Sequence record: NC_049850.1
Strand: one strand, 5' to 3'
DNA: 64,000 bases
Under the pieces are notes generated by a model. The model searched no databases, was not told where the DNA came from, and saw nothing but the letters and a program-made list of their open reading frames with translations. The position numbers and the translations under genes are program-made. This document shows, piece by piece, positions 44,496 to 53,910 of the stretch (position 1 is its first letter; each line of letters opens with the position of its first letter).

Positions 44496-47400
44496 TCAGC
44501 TTAGCACTCGAACTTTCAATGCTTTCATCTTCTTGAACTGCCCGTTGAGGGTGGCCGCATTTTGCACCGTAACCCCCATTTCCTTCAATTTTCGTGCAGT
44601 TTCGCGTATTTCTGCGATTGTGCCGAACCGGATCAGGCGTGCTGGGTGTACCTTCCACTCAGCCTTTTGCTTCGTTTTCCTCACCGCATTTTTCGTTCCC
44701 GGCTGACCCGAGCCGCGCGGCAACATCAGGTACGCCTTTCCGTTTTCGAACACCGGGTACGGAGTGATCTGCGTGTCGTCGGCGCTGGCCACGTGCTGCG
44801 TCACGTAGAAGTTCGGAAGCTTGGCCGAAGCCGCTGCCTTGATCCGATCCTGCGTGTCCGATTTCGCAACCAACTCATCGTGGAATCCACCGAACCAGCG
44901 TTGGGCCCCAGCCTTCATGAACTTTTTCGGGTGCCCGATACCAGCGTCAGCCCATGCGTTCAGGATCGAGACGAAATGCTTAGGTCCCTTGAGCGCGGCA
45001 CGCGTCGACGCAGGAGCGGCCCGGAAGCCAGCAGCCTGCAACGTCTGGACCACCGTCATGTTTTCCATGTCGCCGTCGTACATCAACCCAGCGTACCCGT
45101 TGTGGTCGACGAGACTCAGCTTCATGGTCAGAGCCTTCTTGCGCTCGCGGTCACGAGTGCGCTGCTCACGTGCCTGTCTACGCAGTTCCTTGACCTTCTG
45201 GGCCTTCGACTGCGCGCGGCTCAGCGTGTATCCAGCAGCCTGTACGTCACCCACGTTCACGAGGCGGAAACCCTTGACCTCGGCCATGCGCTCACGGATC
45301 GTCCTGCCTTCCACCACTTCCTCAACCAAGAACGTGCTGGCTTTGCGCACACGAACCGAGAATCCAGAGTTCAGACGAACCGTCAAATGTTTGGCACGAG
45401 CGCCACACCTGACGATTTCACCTTCCCCGAATTCGGTGTGCACTGCGCGTCCCTTCAATCCGGACAGCGCGGCGTCCACTGCATCATCCAGCGACTCGGC
45501 CCCGTCGTCGGCTGTAGCGTAGTCGTCCTCCACCTGATTCAGGTGATCGTCGATTCGCACCAGCCCAAGTTCGGCCATGGCCACCACGTTCGAACCCGGT
45601 GAGTACGGAACCAGTGACATGAAGCCCACATCCTTCGGTGCCGGTGCCACTGGAATTCGACGCATAGACGGCGCGGTCCCATACTTCTTGACGTACGCCT
45701 GTCGATACTGCTCGTAGTCCTCATCGCGCACACGCTCAAAAGCCGAAAGCGCCTTTGCGTACTCCATCAGGCCCGGCCGATCTTCGCTGACGAACTCCCA
45801 CGTGTTGAACGATAGAATCGAGTCAAGCGACATCTTGATCACCGGCACAGTCGGAAGTTCGGAGTACAGCGGATTGTCCGCGTTCTCGAACTGAGCAACG
45901 CTGATCACCTTCGAGATCAGGCGCGCGGCCTTCGTCACGTCGATGGTCTTGTTGACGGTGAACGAATCGAAGAACACGAACTCCCGACGATCCTCCGACT
46001 TCAGTTCCGGTCGGTTGGCCCGGCTGTTACCCTGTTCGAGAGTACCCGGACTCCACACAACTTCGGATCGGCAGATGCGCGAGACGAACTGGAAGTTGAG
46101 ACCTTCGTTCATCGAGACCTCGACACCCACCATCCAACGGATGCGTGCCATCTTCTCGAAGCGTCGGCCGTGCTCCATCTTGTTCTCGGCCTTATAGAGC
46201 ATCCCGCATTCGCGTAGCTCCGGAGGCGCAAGACGCCAGACTTCCTCAGCCGATATCACGTTGTTCGTGAACACCAGTACCTTGCCGTCAAACGGGCCGT
46301 ACGGTGCCTTCTTTCCGGTCTCCGGATCGATGGCCTCACCACCAAACAGGTGAGCGGCCACACGCTTCAGAATCATCTTGACCTTCGGGCTGTCGCGATC
46401 CGCGCCGTGGAGAAGTTGGGAACCCAAAGGATCGTGACCCGGTGCCATCAGGAACTGCTCAAGCCGGGCCAGATACGGGCGCAGGAGCGACGCCAAGTCG
46501 TTGCCTGCATCTTCGTCGTGCTCGTCGTCGCCTTCCTCTTGCTCTTCTACGTCGGCGCGCATGGCCTTGCGATCATGGCGGCCTAGGAATCGCGACAGTT
46601 CGGAGTTCTCACGAGCCGCCTCTTCGATCTTCTGGATCGTTTCCTCCAGAATCGAGTCGTACACAGCCTGTTGGTTCGGGGTCAATTCGCAGCCCCCGAT
46701 CCATTCGCGCTTCGTCGGTAGGAACGCAGCCCACTCTTTCCGCATCGCGCCCGCAACAACCACACGCTGCTTGATCTTGCGCATGATCTGCTCTTGTGCT
46801 CCGGGCTTCCAGAGCTTGACGCGGCCACCACTCACCTCTTCACCGTACTTGGCGTTGAACTCGTCACGAGTCCCGAACAGTGTGGGGTCCATCGACGCCA
46901 CCTGCATTGCCATGTCGCTCGGGCTATCGTGTGCCATTGTCCCGGATGCCAGCCGAATCTTCGGGATATCGGTGATCAGGCACATGGACGCAAACGTCCG
47001 AGCCGTGTCGTTCTTCACGCGGTGACTCTCGTCGAGACCCGCATAGCAGAAACGGAACTGACGCAGAAAGTCGATGATCGGGTACACGACAACCGGCGTC
47101 GTCCCGTAGCACACGTTGTACTGACGGTAGCGCAGCGCATCGTAGTCACACACGACCACGGTGTTGCGAGGTGCGCTCTCCAGCATCTTCTGCAAGCGCT
47201 CCAGTCCATGCACCCGAATGTTCTCCATCGAGATCGGGATCACATTCATCTGGCCGCCCGTGAAGTACAGCATTTCGTTCACGTAGTTGGCCAGCAGGTG
47301 ACCCGGGCACAGCACAACATACGGCGCGAACCGGTTGTGCAGAATCTCGATCAGGATGTCAGTGATCAGCAACAGCGATTTGCCACCGCCCGCCTGAACC

Positions 47401-49100
47401 GGAAGCAGTGCGAACAACGGGGATTCACGCAGGATGTTCCGAATTTTGAACTGGTGAGGCAACAGCCCAACCTTTCGCAATTCGTCGAGAAGCGGGATCG
47501 CCTCGATCTGCCACTCCGGGTCTTCCCCCTGAGTGATCGCGGCGTTGCGCAGGCGCACGTCCTCAGCGCGCAGTTCCGCCAAGCGCGGCCCGTACTCGGC
47601 TACCATGATCAGCCACGGCATCAACTCGCTCACCGTCTTCACCGAATACTCGGTGTACACGGCTTCGAGGTTCTTGCTGATGGCCGCACGAATGGCCTTG
47701 AAGTAACGGGCGAGCGGACGGAACGCAGAGAACCCGGTCTCCAGAATATGCGCCCAATACACGTCGTCGACGAACTGCGGATCGTATTCGAACGCATCTG
47801 CCGCATACTGGAACCACTCGACCGGATTCGTCATGGTCTTGAGCGTGCCACGCAGCACGGCGTTCTTCACGTCTGCCAGATCGGATTCGGCAGGATTGAA
47901 GGCTTGGGCCGAAGTGACCCCAACCTTTTCTCCCATGGCCACCAGCAACTCAATCTGGCGCACCTGAACACGGCGCTCTTCCATGAGCACGCGGATGTGC
48001 GGAATCTCGGCGGCCCGGTGACGGGTTAGATCGGTGACCTGAAGATGGCCCAGCGATCCTGTGTACGCGTACTTGTTGTTCACCCAGTCGACGAGCACAG
48101 GCACGTTCTTCGGGAGCTTGGCTTTCGGCTCGTGCCCGGCACGATGGGCCTCGGCACCCTCCGTCAGATCGATCAGGGCGTATGCACCATCGGCGCGTGT
48201 GCCCGCCTGCTTGTACCGTTCCTCATAGTCGATGACCTGCGCCAGCGGTATGGATTTCGGGATGAAGTAGGGCTTGCCGTTCGGGCCGATGGACAGCAGG
48301 TGCTCGTTGACGCGTGCGCTCTCTACGTGCGAGGCAGGAAGCGTGTGCGCAATCTTCGAGATCGGGAACGCAGCCACAGGCGTCGTTCCGCGTTCCCCGA
48401 AAGCGTCACCTACCCACTGATGAAGCATCGGGTAGATGTCGATCTCACGCAGCGACGCCCATTCGGTAGTCGTCATCTGCTGAGCCTCGGCTTTCGTGAT
48501 CCGGAAGTCGAGGAATACGACTGCGAGACTGCCCTTCGTGGAGATTCGAAGCCGGTACAGGCATTGACGAATTTGGGCAGCTATAGGCTCCGGAACGTGG
48601 TGAGCCTCGCGCAGCACGCGGTCGACGGGCCACACAAGATCGGGCTGCTCGGGCGTCCGCGCCTCCAACATGGCGCGCAAACGCTCGATGTCAGCCGTGT
48701 GTGCGGTGGTCGCGCGCGGAGGCTCCCCATCACGCGAACGACGAATGAAGTTCTCGAAGAGGAACCGGAAGCCAGACTCAGGAGCCGATACCGGAAACGC
48801 GTAGACTGGCACCGCACACTCGACGTAGCCGAGTTCACGTTGCACCTTGACGCGCAGGTAGTTTGCGTTGACTGCACGTCCCGGAATCTCAACGAGGTGC
48901 ATCTTGCGCTTGCCCTTCCCGAATTCAGGGTCGCGGGCAACGCTAGGAAACAGGGTGTTGGCCCAGAGCTTGGTGACGAACACCGTGGGCGAGCCGGTGT
49001 ACCGCTTCGTGTACATGCACATGAAACGGGACTTCAGAGCCTTGCGATCCAGCGCCAAGTGCTCGGGTACAACGAGGTTGGTTGTTGGTCTGAGTGCCAT
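44496..49100 (-). CDS. large SF2 (SNF2/Swi2-like) helicase-family protein (1534 aa)
   Basis: LLPHQ, QAGGGKS (I), LDESH (II), ASGT (III), MNEGLNFQ (V), EQGNSRANR (VI). Confidence 0.85.
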   Translation of the reverse strand: MALRPTTNLVVPEHLALDRKALKSRFMCMYTKRYTGSPTVFVTKLWANTLFPSVARDPEFGKGKRKMHLVEIPGRAVNANYLRVKVQRELGYVECAVPVYAFPVSAPESGFRFLFENFIRRSRDGEPPRATTAHTADIERLRAMLEARTPEQPDLVWPVDRVLREAHHVPEPIAAQIRQCLYRLRISTKGSLAVVFLDFRITKAEAQQMTTTEWASLREIDIYPMLHQWVGDAFGERGTTPVAAFPISKIAHTLPASHVESARVNEHLLSIGPNGKPYFIPKSIPLAQVIDYEERYKQAGTRADGAYALIDLTEGAEAHRAGHEPKAKLPKNVPVLVDWVNNKYAYTGSLGHLQVTDLTRHRAAEIPHIRVLMEERRVQVRQIELLVAMGEKVGVTSAQAFNPAESDLADVKNAVLRGTLKTMTNPVEWFQYAADAFEYDPQFVDDVYWAHILETGFSAFRPLARYFKAIRAAISKNLEAVYTEYSVKTVSELMPWLIMVAEYGPRLAELRAEDVRLRNAAITQGEDPEWQIEAIPLLDELRKVGLLPHQFKIRNILRESPLFALLPVQAGGGKSLLLITDILIEILHNRFAPYVVLCPGHLLANYVNEMLYFTGGQMNVIPISMENIRVHGLERLQKMLESAPRNTVVVCDYDALRYRQYNVCYGTTPVVVYPIIDFLRQFRFCYAGLDESHRVKNDTARTFASMCLITDIPKIRLASGTMAHDSPSDMAMQVASMDPTLFGTRDEFNAKYGEEVSGGRVKLWKPGAQEQIMRKIKQRVVVAGAMRKEWAAFLPTKREWIGGCELTPNQQAVYDSILEETIQKIEEAARENSELSRFLGRHDRKAMRADVEEQEEGDDEHDEDAGNDLASLLRPYLARLEQFLMAPGHDPLGSQLLHGADRDSPKVKMILKRVAAHLFGGEAIDPETGKKAPYGPFDGKVLVFTNNVISAEEVWRLAPPELRECGMLYKAENKMEHGRRFEKMARIRWMVGVEVSMNEGLNFQFVSRICRSEVVWSPGTLEQGNSRANRPELKSEDRREFVFFDSFTVNKTIDVTKAARLISKVISVAQFENADNPLYSELPTVPVIKMSLDSILSFNTWEFVSEDRPGLMEYAKALSAFERVRDEDYEQYRQAYVKKYGTAPSMRRIPVAPAPKDVGFMSLVPYSPGSNVVAMAELGLVRIDDHLNQVEDDYATADDGAESLDDAVDAALSGLKGRAVHTEFGEGEIVRCGARAKHLTVRLNSGFSVRVRKASTFLVEEVVEGRTIRERMAEVKGFRLVNVGDVQAAGYTLSRAQSKAQKVKELRRQAREQRTRDRERKKALTMKLSLVDHNGYAGLMYDGDMENMTVVQTLQAAGFRAAPASTRAALKGPKHFVSILNAWADAGIGHPKKFMKAGAQRWFGGFHDELVAKSDTQDRIKAAASAKLPNFYVTQHVASADDTQITPYPVFENGKAYLMLPRGSGQPGTKNAVRKTKQKAEWKVHPARLIRFGTIAEIRETARKLKEMGVTVQNAATLNGQFKKMKALKVRVLS

Positions 49101-49192
49101 TCGAGTCCTATCTAAAACGAGAAAGGCCCCGATAACCTTCGCTATCGGGGCTATTCCTGCAAGTCTACCACAGGTCTGATCTATTTACTACA

Positions 49193-49900
49193 TCAGACTG
49201 GGTGCTTTGTTGCGGCCTTGAATCGAATGGCCTTGAAGTGTGGCGTCCACAACACACGCTTTACGAAATCTTCGAGTTCGGCGCGGCTCGGCATGTGGTT
49301 GGTCGGAAGATCAGGGAACGAGTGCACCACGATCTCGTAGCCGATATGCCACGAACGCGGTCCCTTATCGGGCGCTGCCTGCACGTAGACCATGAGCCCC
49401 TGACCTAGATCGCGAACGTGTTTCTGGCCACGCCCAGCCGGGCTAAAACGCGGGTCCGGAGCCTGCCGAATCCACTGGTCGAACGATGGATCGCTGACCT
49501 CGACCAGTGCGTCGACGCAGAGAATGAAGCCGTCGTCCGTCATGTGGACTTCGGTCGTCACCTTCTTTGTCAGCACGTCGTCGAAAAGTCCGACACGATC
49601 CACAAACCTTGCGAGTTCGAGACGACGTTGACGCAATTCGTTTGAGATCGAATCGTTACGCGCCTGATGCACGTTCTGGAACGGATAGACACCACGGTCA
49701 GCGCACATCGTGACGTAGCGCGAGATACATTGCGCCCAGTCCTGTCGTGTGCTGCCCATGGGCTTCAGCTTCTCGACGGCCGCGATCCACACGCTCTTGT
49801 TGTTCGGATTGAGCGAACGCGGGAACACTGTGGGGCTAGGTTCCCGCACCTGCTCTTTCGGGTCAATACCCAAGTGTGAGAGAAACGGGTAGTCCTTCAT
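49193..49900 (-). CDS. hypothetical protein (235 aa, MKDYPFLSH...)
   Basis: ATG one base after upstream TGA; start moved from 50137. Confidence 0.7.
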   Translation of the reverse strand: MKDYPFLSHLGIDPKEQVREPSPTVFPRSLNPNNKSVWIAAVEKLKPMGSTRQDWAQCISRYVTMCADRGVYPFQNVHQARNDSISNELRQRRLELARFVDRVGLFDDVLTKKVTTEVHMTDDGFILCVDALVEVSDPSFDQWIRQAPDPRFSPAGRGQKHVRDLGQGLMVYVQAAPDKGPRSWHIGYEIVVHSFPDLPTNHMPSRAELEDFVKRVLWTPHFKAIRFKAATKHPV

Positions 49901-49901
49901 A

Positions 49902-50354
49902 TCACTGGCCCATGAGGCGACGTGCCGCCGAGATCGCGATGCTGTTGTCCTCGACGGCTGCGGTAACGGAAGCCAGTTGCACGTCATCGCGTTCGAGTTG
50001 CTGTTCGTGGCTCGGTGTGTCGAAGCCGCCGTCATCGTACAGGTCTGCCTGATCGCGCGCGTCACCTGCCCCCATGTTCGGCGCGCTATCGTTGAGGGCA
50101 ACCCGATCCGGGCTCGTGGTGCCGGGATCGTAGTCATCGACCAGCACCTCTTGGTCCTTCGACAGCGGAGCCGCTTGCTGCTCCAGCGGCTGGCCGTTCT
50201 CTTGCTGCCCGAGCATGCGGTAGCTGATGGCTTCCAGCGTCTCGTGGTCGACGCCCACCGATTCAGCCAGCATGTGGAACTGCTGGTCGCTCGGCTGGGG
50301 GTTGATCTGGAGGAAGAGTTCGATCAGCGCTTCCAGAATTTGCGGGTTCTTCAT
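49902..50354 (-). CDS. acidic hypothetical protein (150 aa) with C-terminal ISAARRLM motif
   Basis: AAGGA RBS. Confidence 0.75.
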   Translation of the reverse strand: MKNPQILEALIELFLQINPQPSDQQFHMLAESVGVDHETLEAISYRMLGQQENGQPLEQQAAPLSKDQEVLVDDYDPGTTSPDRVALNDSAPNMGAGDARDQADLYDDGGFDTPSHEQQLERDDVQLASVTAAVEDNSIAISAARRLMGQ

Positions 50355-50363
50355 GTGTAGTCC

Positions 50364-50681
50364 TTAACCGCGACGTGCGCGGTGCAAGTGGTTATGTCGC
50401 TTGTCGTGGCAACCTTGGCAAAGGCTGATGAGATTGGCCGGGGAGTTCGTGCCTCCCGACGACAGGGGCACCAGATGGTGCACCTCGTTTGCCGGTTTCT
50501 TGCACTGCTTTCCTCCGATAAGGGCACGGCACAGACCACCGTCTCTCGCGATGATCTTGGCCCTGATCTCCCACCAACCAGCCTTCGTCTGCATTCCGTT
50601 GACGGTGTTGTAGTTCTCGCGTCGGATTGACCCGACACCAGAACTGCCACGACGTGCGCTCCTGATTCGGCGTGCGAACAT
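50364..50681 (-). CDS. HNH endonuclease (105 aa)
   Basis: RDGGLC...C...EVHHLVPLSSGGTNSPANLISLCQGCHDKRH; TAATG overlap. Confidence 0.9.
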   Translation of the reverse strand: MFARRIRSARRGSSGVGSIRRENYNTVNGMQTKAGWWEIRAKIIARDGGLCRALIGGKQCKKPANEVHHLVPLSSGGTNSPANLISLCQGCHDKRHNHLHRARRG

Positions 50682-51076
50682 TATGCGCTGAAGAAGATGC
50701 GCAGGTCTTTGCCGATGCGCTGGATCACGATGCGGTGCTGGCCCTTGCACGAGAAGTTCGGGCGCGAGAGAACGCCCTTGTGCACCATCATCTTGTACCC
50801 CATCTTGTTCAGGATGTTGATGGTGGCCTGCGCTTCGTCCTCGATTTCGAGCGGATTGCTCTTGTGGAAAAGATGGTTCTTGCCCATCGAGTAGCGCAAG
50901 CGATTGCTGCCGAGAGTGGTGCGCACGTGTTCGAGTTCGTGATCGCGCGCCGTGTCAAACTTACCATCGACCTCGACATCGGCTGCGACAGGAGTTTCGT
51001 GGCCCGGTGCCAAATGCTCGGCGCGAGGTTCGGGTGCTGTCGCGAGCAATCGCTTTGCTGCTTCTACTGCAAACAT
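50681..51076 (-). CDS. hypothetical protein (131 aa) with N-terminal VEAAKRLLATA motif
   Basis: AGGAG RBS. Confidence 0.75.
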   Translation of the reverse strand: MFAVEAAKRLLATAPEPRAEHLAPGHETPVAADVEVDGKFDTARDHELEHVRTTLGSNRLRYSMGKNHLFHKSNPLEIEDEAQATINILNKMGYKMMVHKGVLSRPNFSCKGQHRIVIQRIGKDLRIFFSA

Positions 51077-51138
51077 ATTATCTCCTGAGATTAATGCAGT
51101 TTGGGGGCACTAGGCCCCCGGTACTACTTAAATTGCGG

Positions 51139-52692
51139 TCAGTAGCTGTTGGCCACCACAGCACCACGGGCCACGCCGTAGGCCGGTGAGAATCGACCCC
51201 ACGCGGAAGCCGGGGTGATGGTCACGCCTACTGCGCCGATAGCGCCCTGCGCCAATCGAGTCGGGTCCTGCGAACCGTCACCGCTAGTCTGCCCCTTGAT
51301 GATGAGGTTGATCTTGATGTCACGCAACTCGTTGTCAAGGCGCTGCTGGATGATGCGTTGAGCCTCGTCCAGATAGCGCGTACGGTCAACGTTCAACGAG
51401 ATCGCAGCACCTTGGAACTCGAATGCCTTCTCGCCCTCAGCCAGAAACTGCGATTGGAGCGCCGCCATTTCAGCTTCCAGCAACCAGAACTCACGAATCA
51501 CACCACGAGCATTCGTCATCGTGAAGTTCGTGAACTTGCCGTACGCACCGTTGAACGCGTCCATGCCGCGCCGCAGCCACGTCAGGATCGTGGGGTGCGG
51601 ATACAGCAGGTCAGGCGTCCCATAGAGCGTCGTGCGTGCCTTGTTGATCTTGGCCTTTACGTCCGTGATCGCGGTCATGATGCTGGGGTTGATGATCCAT
51701 AGGTCTGCCGACTCCTGAACCACGTTCGCTGCGTTGTTGCTTGCCCAGTATTTCCAGACCACGGTGTACGGGATCAGGGTGACTGCGAAGTCTGAAGTCG
51801 ACACCACGCCCGAGAACACGTAGCCGTTTGCCGTTCGTTCGTAGTCGGTGATCGGGGTCTGGGCCGCGACTTGATTGCCGTCGATCCAGATTTCCAGAGT
51901 CACGTTGTCGTACGGCTTGTCGACGCAGATGCTGAGTGTCGCAGGCACACCCTTCAACTCGACCTGCGGCTGCGTGCCCAGCGGCACCGTGTTGAGCCCG
52001 ACGACACGCACGTTCTCGAACTGATAGAACCGATTCTGGCCCGGCGTGCCGGTCAGTGGATCAGCGCCTATGCCGATGTCCTGCGGAAGTTCCAGCGTGT
52101 AGCGAAGCTGATACTTCTGGCCTTCCAGCGACGGGGGAACCGTTGTCGGAATCGAGACCACGGACTGGGCGACCACCATGTGCGACAGGCCGTCGCTCTG
52201 GACCGTGTACGAGAACGCGTTGCCTGCGGCGTATACGGTGCCGTCTGCGGCCAGCAGTTCCCAGACGACAAAGCCGCCAGTAGGATCGGTCTCGGCAGGG
52301 AACGTATAGACGGAGGTTGCGATAGCCGCGTTCCCGGCCTCGATGGTGTCCACGAGGTCGGTGAATGCTTCAGGATTCTCCGTCGTGTACGGAACGAACG
52401 ACGGGTCTTTGGCAGTGATCGCGCACACCACAACGAACGTGCGTGCCTGTGTCGTGACCGTGAGGTTGACACCGTAGCTAACACCGTCTCGGCCACCCTG
52501 CGTCAGCAGCACAACCTTCGGGTTAGTCGGGTCCGACGTTAGCGTGGCGGTCAGTGCCGGGTTCGTGCCCGGTTCCGGTGTGCCGACCAACACGTTGGTC
52601 AACGTCTCGCCCGGGTCCAGCAGGGACGAAATGTCGACGTTGATCGACGTGTCGGTTTCGGGCACCTTGAAGAATACAAAGCGCCCGTCCAT
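51139..52692 (-). CDS. putative neck/head-tail adaptor with N-terminal Ig-like domains (517 aa)
   Basis: beta-rich N-part, helical C-terminal adaptor-like part; function inferred. Confidence 0.5.
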   Translation of the reverse strand: MDGRFVFFKVPETDTSINVDISSLLDPGETLTNVLVGTPEPGTNPALTATLTSDPTNPKVVLLTQGGRDGVSYGVNLTVTTQARTFVVVCAITAKDPSFVPYTTENPEAFTDLVDTIEAGNAAIATSVYTFPAETDPTGGFVVWELLAADGTVYAAGNAFSYTVQSDGLSHMVVAQSVVSIPTTVPPSLEGQKYQLRYTLELPQDIGIGADPLTGTPGQNRFYQFENVRVVGLNTVPLGTQPQVELKGVPATLSICVDKPYDNVTLEIWIDGNQVAAQTPITDYERTANGYVFSGVVSTSDFAVTLIPYTVVWKYWASNNAANVVQESADLWIINPSIMTAITDVKAKINKARTTLYGTPDLLYPHPTILTWLRRGMDAFNGAYGKFTNFTMTNARGVIREFWLLEAEMAALQSQFLAEGEKAFEFQGAAISLNVDRTRYLDEAQRIIQQRLDNELRDIKINLIIKGQTSGDGSQDPTRLAQGAIGAVGVTITPASAWGRFSPAYGVARGAVVANSY

Positions 52693-53067
52693 TTAAGCAC
52701 CTGTCGCGAGACGTTGTGCTGCCGTGATGGTGGGGGCCGAGTACAGGTTCGGGCCCGCGCCCGTGTCTTCATCCGGGTCCTGCACTTCTTCGACGTTCGT
52801 GTCGATCTTCGGCGGTGCATCGGCCGTATCGATTTCGTGCTCCGGCTTCGCGGCCTCGGCGTCGTCACCGTGGAGCGATGATGCGTAGAGGCGGTTAGCC
52901 GCGTTGAGTTCGATGGTTGCAGTTGCGTTCGTCATGATTTGCTTCTCCGTTTTGCAGGCTGTGCACCAGCCGTTGGGACCACCGCATTTAGTGCGTAGGC
53001 CATCCGGACGCGGGCGCACGTGCCCATGACCCGAGTTCGGGTTGTTGATGTCAAAATCGAAACTCAT
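52693..53067 (-). CDS. hypothetical protein (124 aa) with two AAxRL motifs
   Basis: IELNAANRLYAS and ITAAQRLATGA. Confidence 0.7.
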   Translation of the reverse strand: MSFDFDINNPNSGHGHVRPRPDGLRTKCGGPNGWCTACKTEKQIMTNATATIELNAANRLYASSLHGDDAEAAKPEHEIDTADAPPKIDTNVEEVQDPDEDTGAGPNLYSAPTITAAQRLATGA

Positions 53068-53073
53068 TTTCGA

Positions 53074-53910
53074 TTACTTCAGTGCGGGCGGCAGGTCGCT
53101 ACCCAAGGGTGAATCGAACCCTTCGTCAGCCAGCATCGAGGCTGCGGCTTCGCAAACCTGCTGAACGTCCTGAAGGGGCGTGGTGCGTTCGAGGCTGTCA
53201 GGCGCACAGAACTCTTGGTTGATCTGCACGAAGTAGCCGGAGCCCAGAACCCATTGCAGCGACACGTACAGTGTTGGTACACGTCGGCCGTCATCGGCCT
53301 GCGCGCCGCTCAGCATCGTATACGACGTGAATACGAGGGAGCCAGAAGCATCCACGTTCACGTACAGGAACTGTTCGGTCCCGGCACACCGCACGTGGTT
53401 CTCCAGTTCTTGGGCCAGCGCCTGACGCACGTGATCGAAGGCTTCTGGCACATGCTGATGCGCAACGGCCGACAGGAATTCGAGCACCCGACGAATCTGG
53501 TCTTTGCCCTTGGCCTTCAGTTCGGCCAGCACCTGCTGCACACGAGCCGCCACCTCACCGCGTCGATCCGGGAACTGGAGCGCCACCTGAGCTTCAACGG
53601 CTTCGAGCGCTCGATACTGGTCGTAGATTTCCTCGGCAGTACCGTACTGCGCATCCAGCTTCTTGACGTGCGGGACGACCACGCGCTTGATAGTCGCGTC
53701 GACCGAGGCTCCGCGCAGACTGGCTGTTACGTTCTCCTTCGGTTTCGTGAGGTAGGCCACTGCCTGTTGCTGGACTCGAATCAGGTTCTCGGACTCGGAC
53801 ACGTCGTCCCGAAGCTTGTCCAGATAACGCGACACGTCATCCAGATAGCGAAACTTCGGTAGCTCCAGCGTGCACGCGCGCGGCTCCTGATAGGTCTTTG
53901 GCTTTGCCAA
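53074..53910 (-). CDS. hypothetical protein (278 aa)
   Basis: abuts upstream stop; AGGAG RBS. Confidence 0.7.
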   Translation of the reverse strand: MAKPKTYQEPRACTLELPKFRYLDDVSRYLDKLRDDVSESENLIRVQQQAVAYLTKPKENVTASLRGASVDATIKRVVVPHVKKLDAQYGTAEEIYDQYRALEAVEAQVALQFPDRRGEVAARVQQVLAELKAKGKDQIRRVLEFLSAVAHQHVPEAFDHVRQALAQELENHVRCAGTEQFLYVNVDASGSLVFTSYTMLSGAQADDGRRVPTLYVSLQWVLGSGYFVQINQEFCAPDSLERTTPLQDVQQVCEAAASMLADEGFDSPLGSDLPPALK

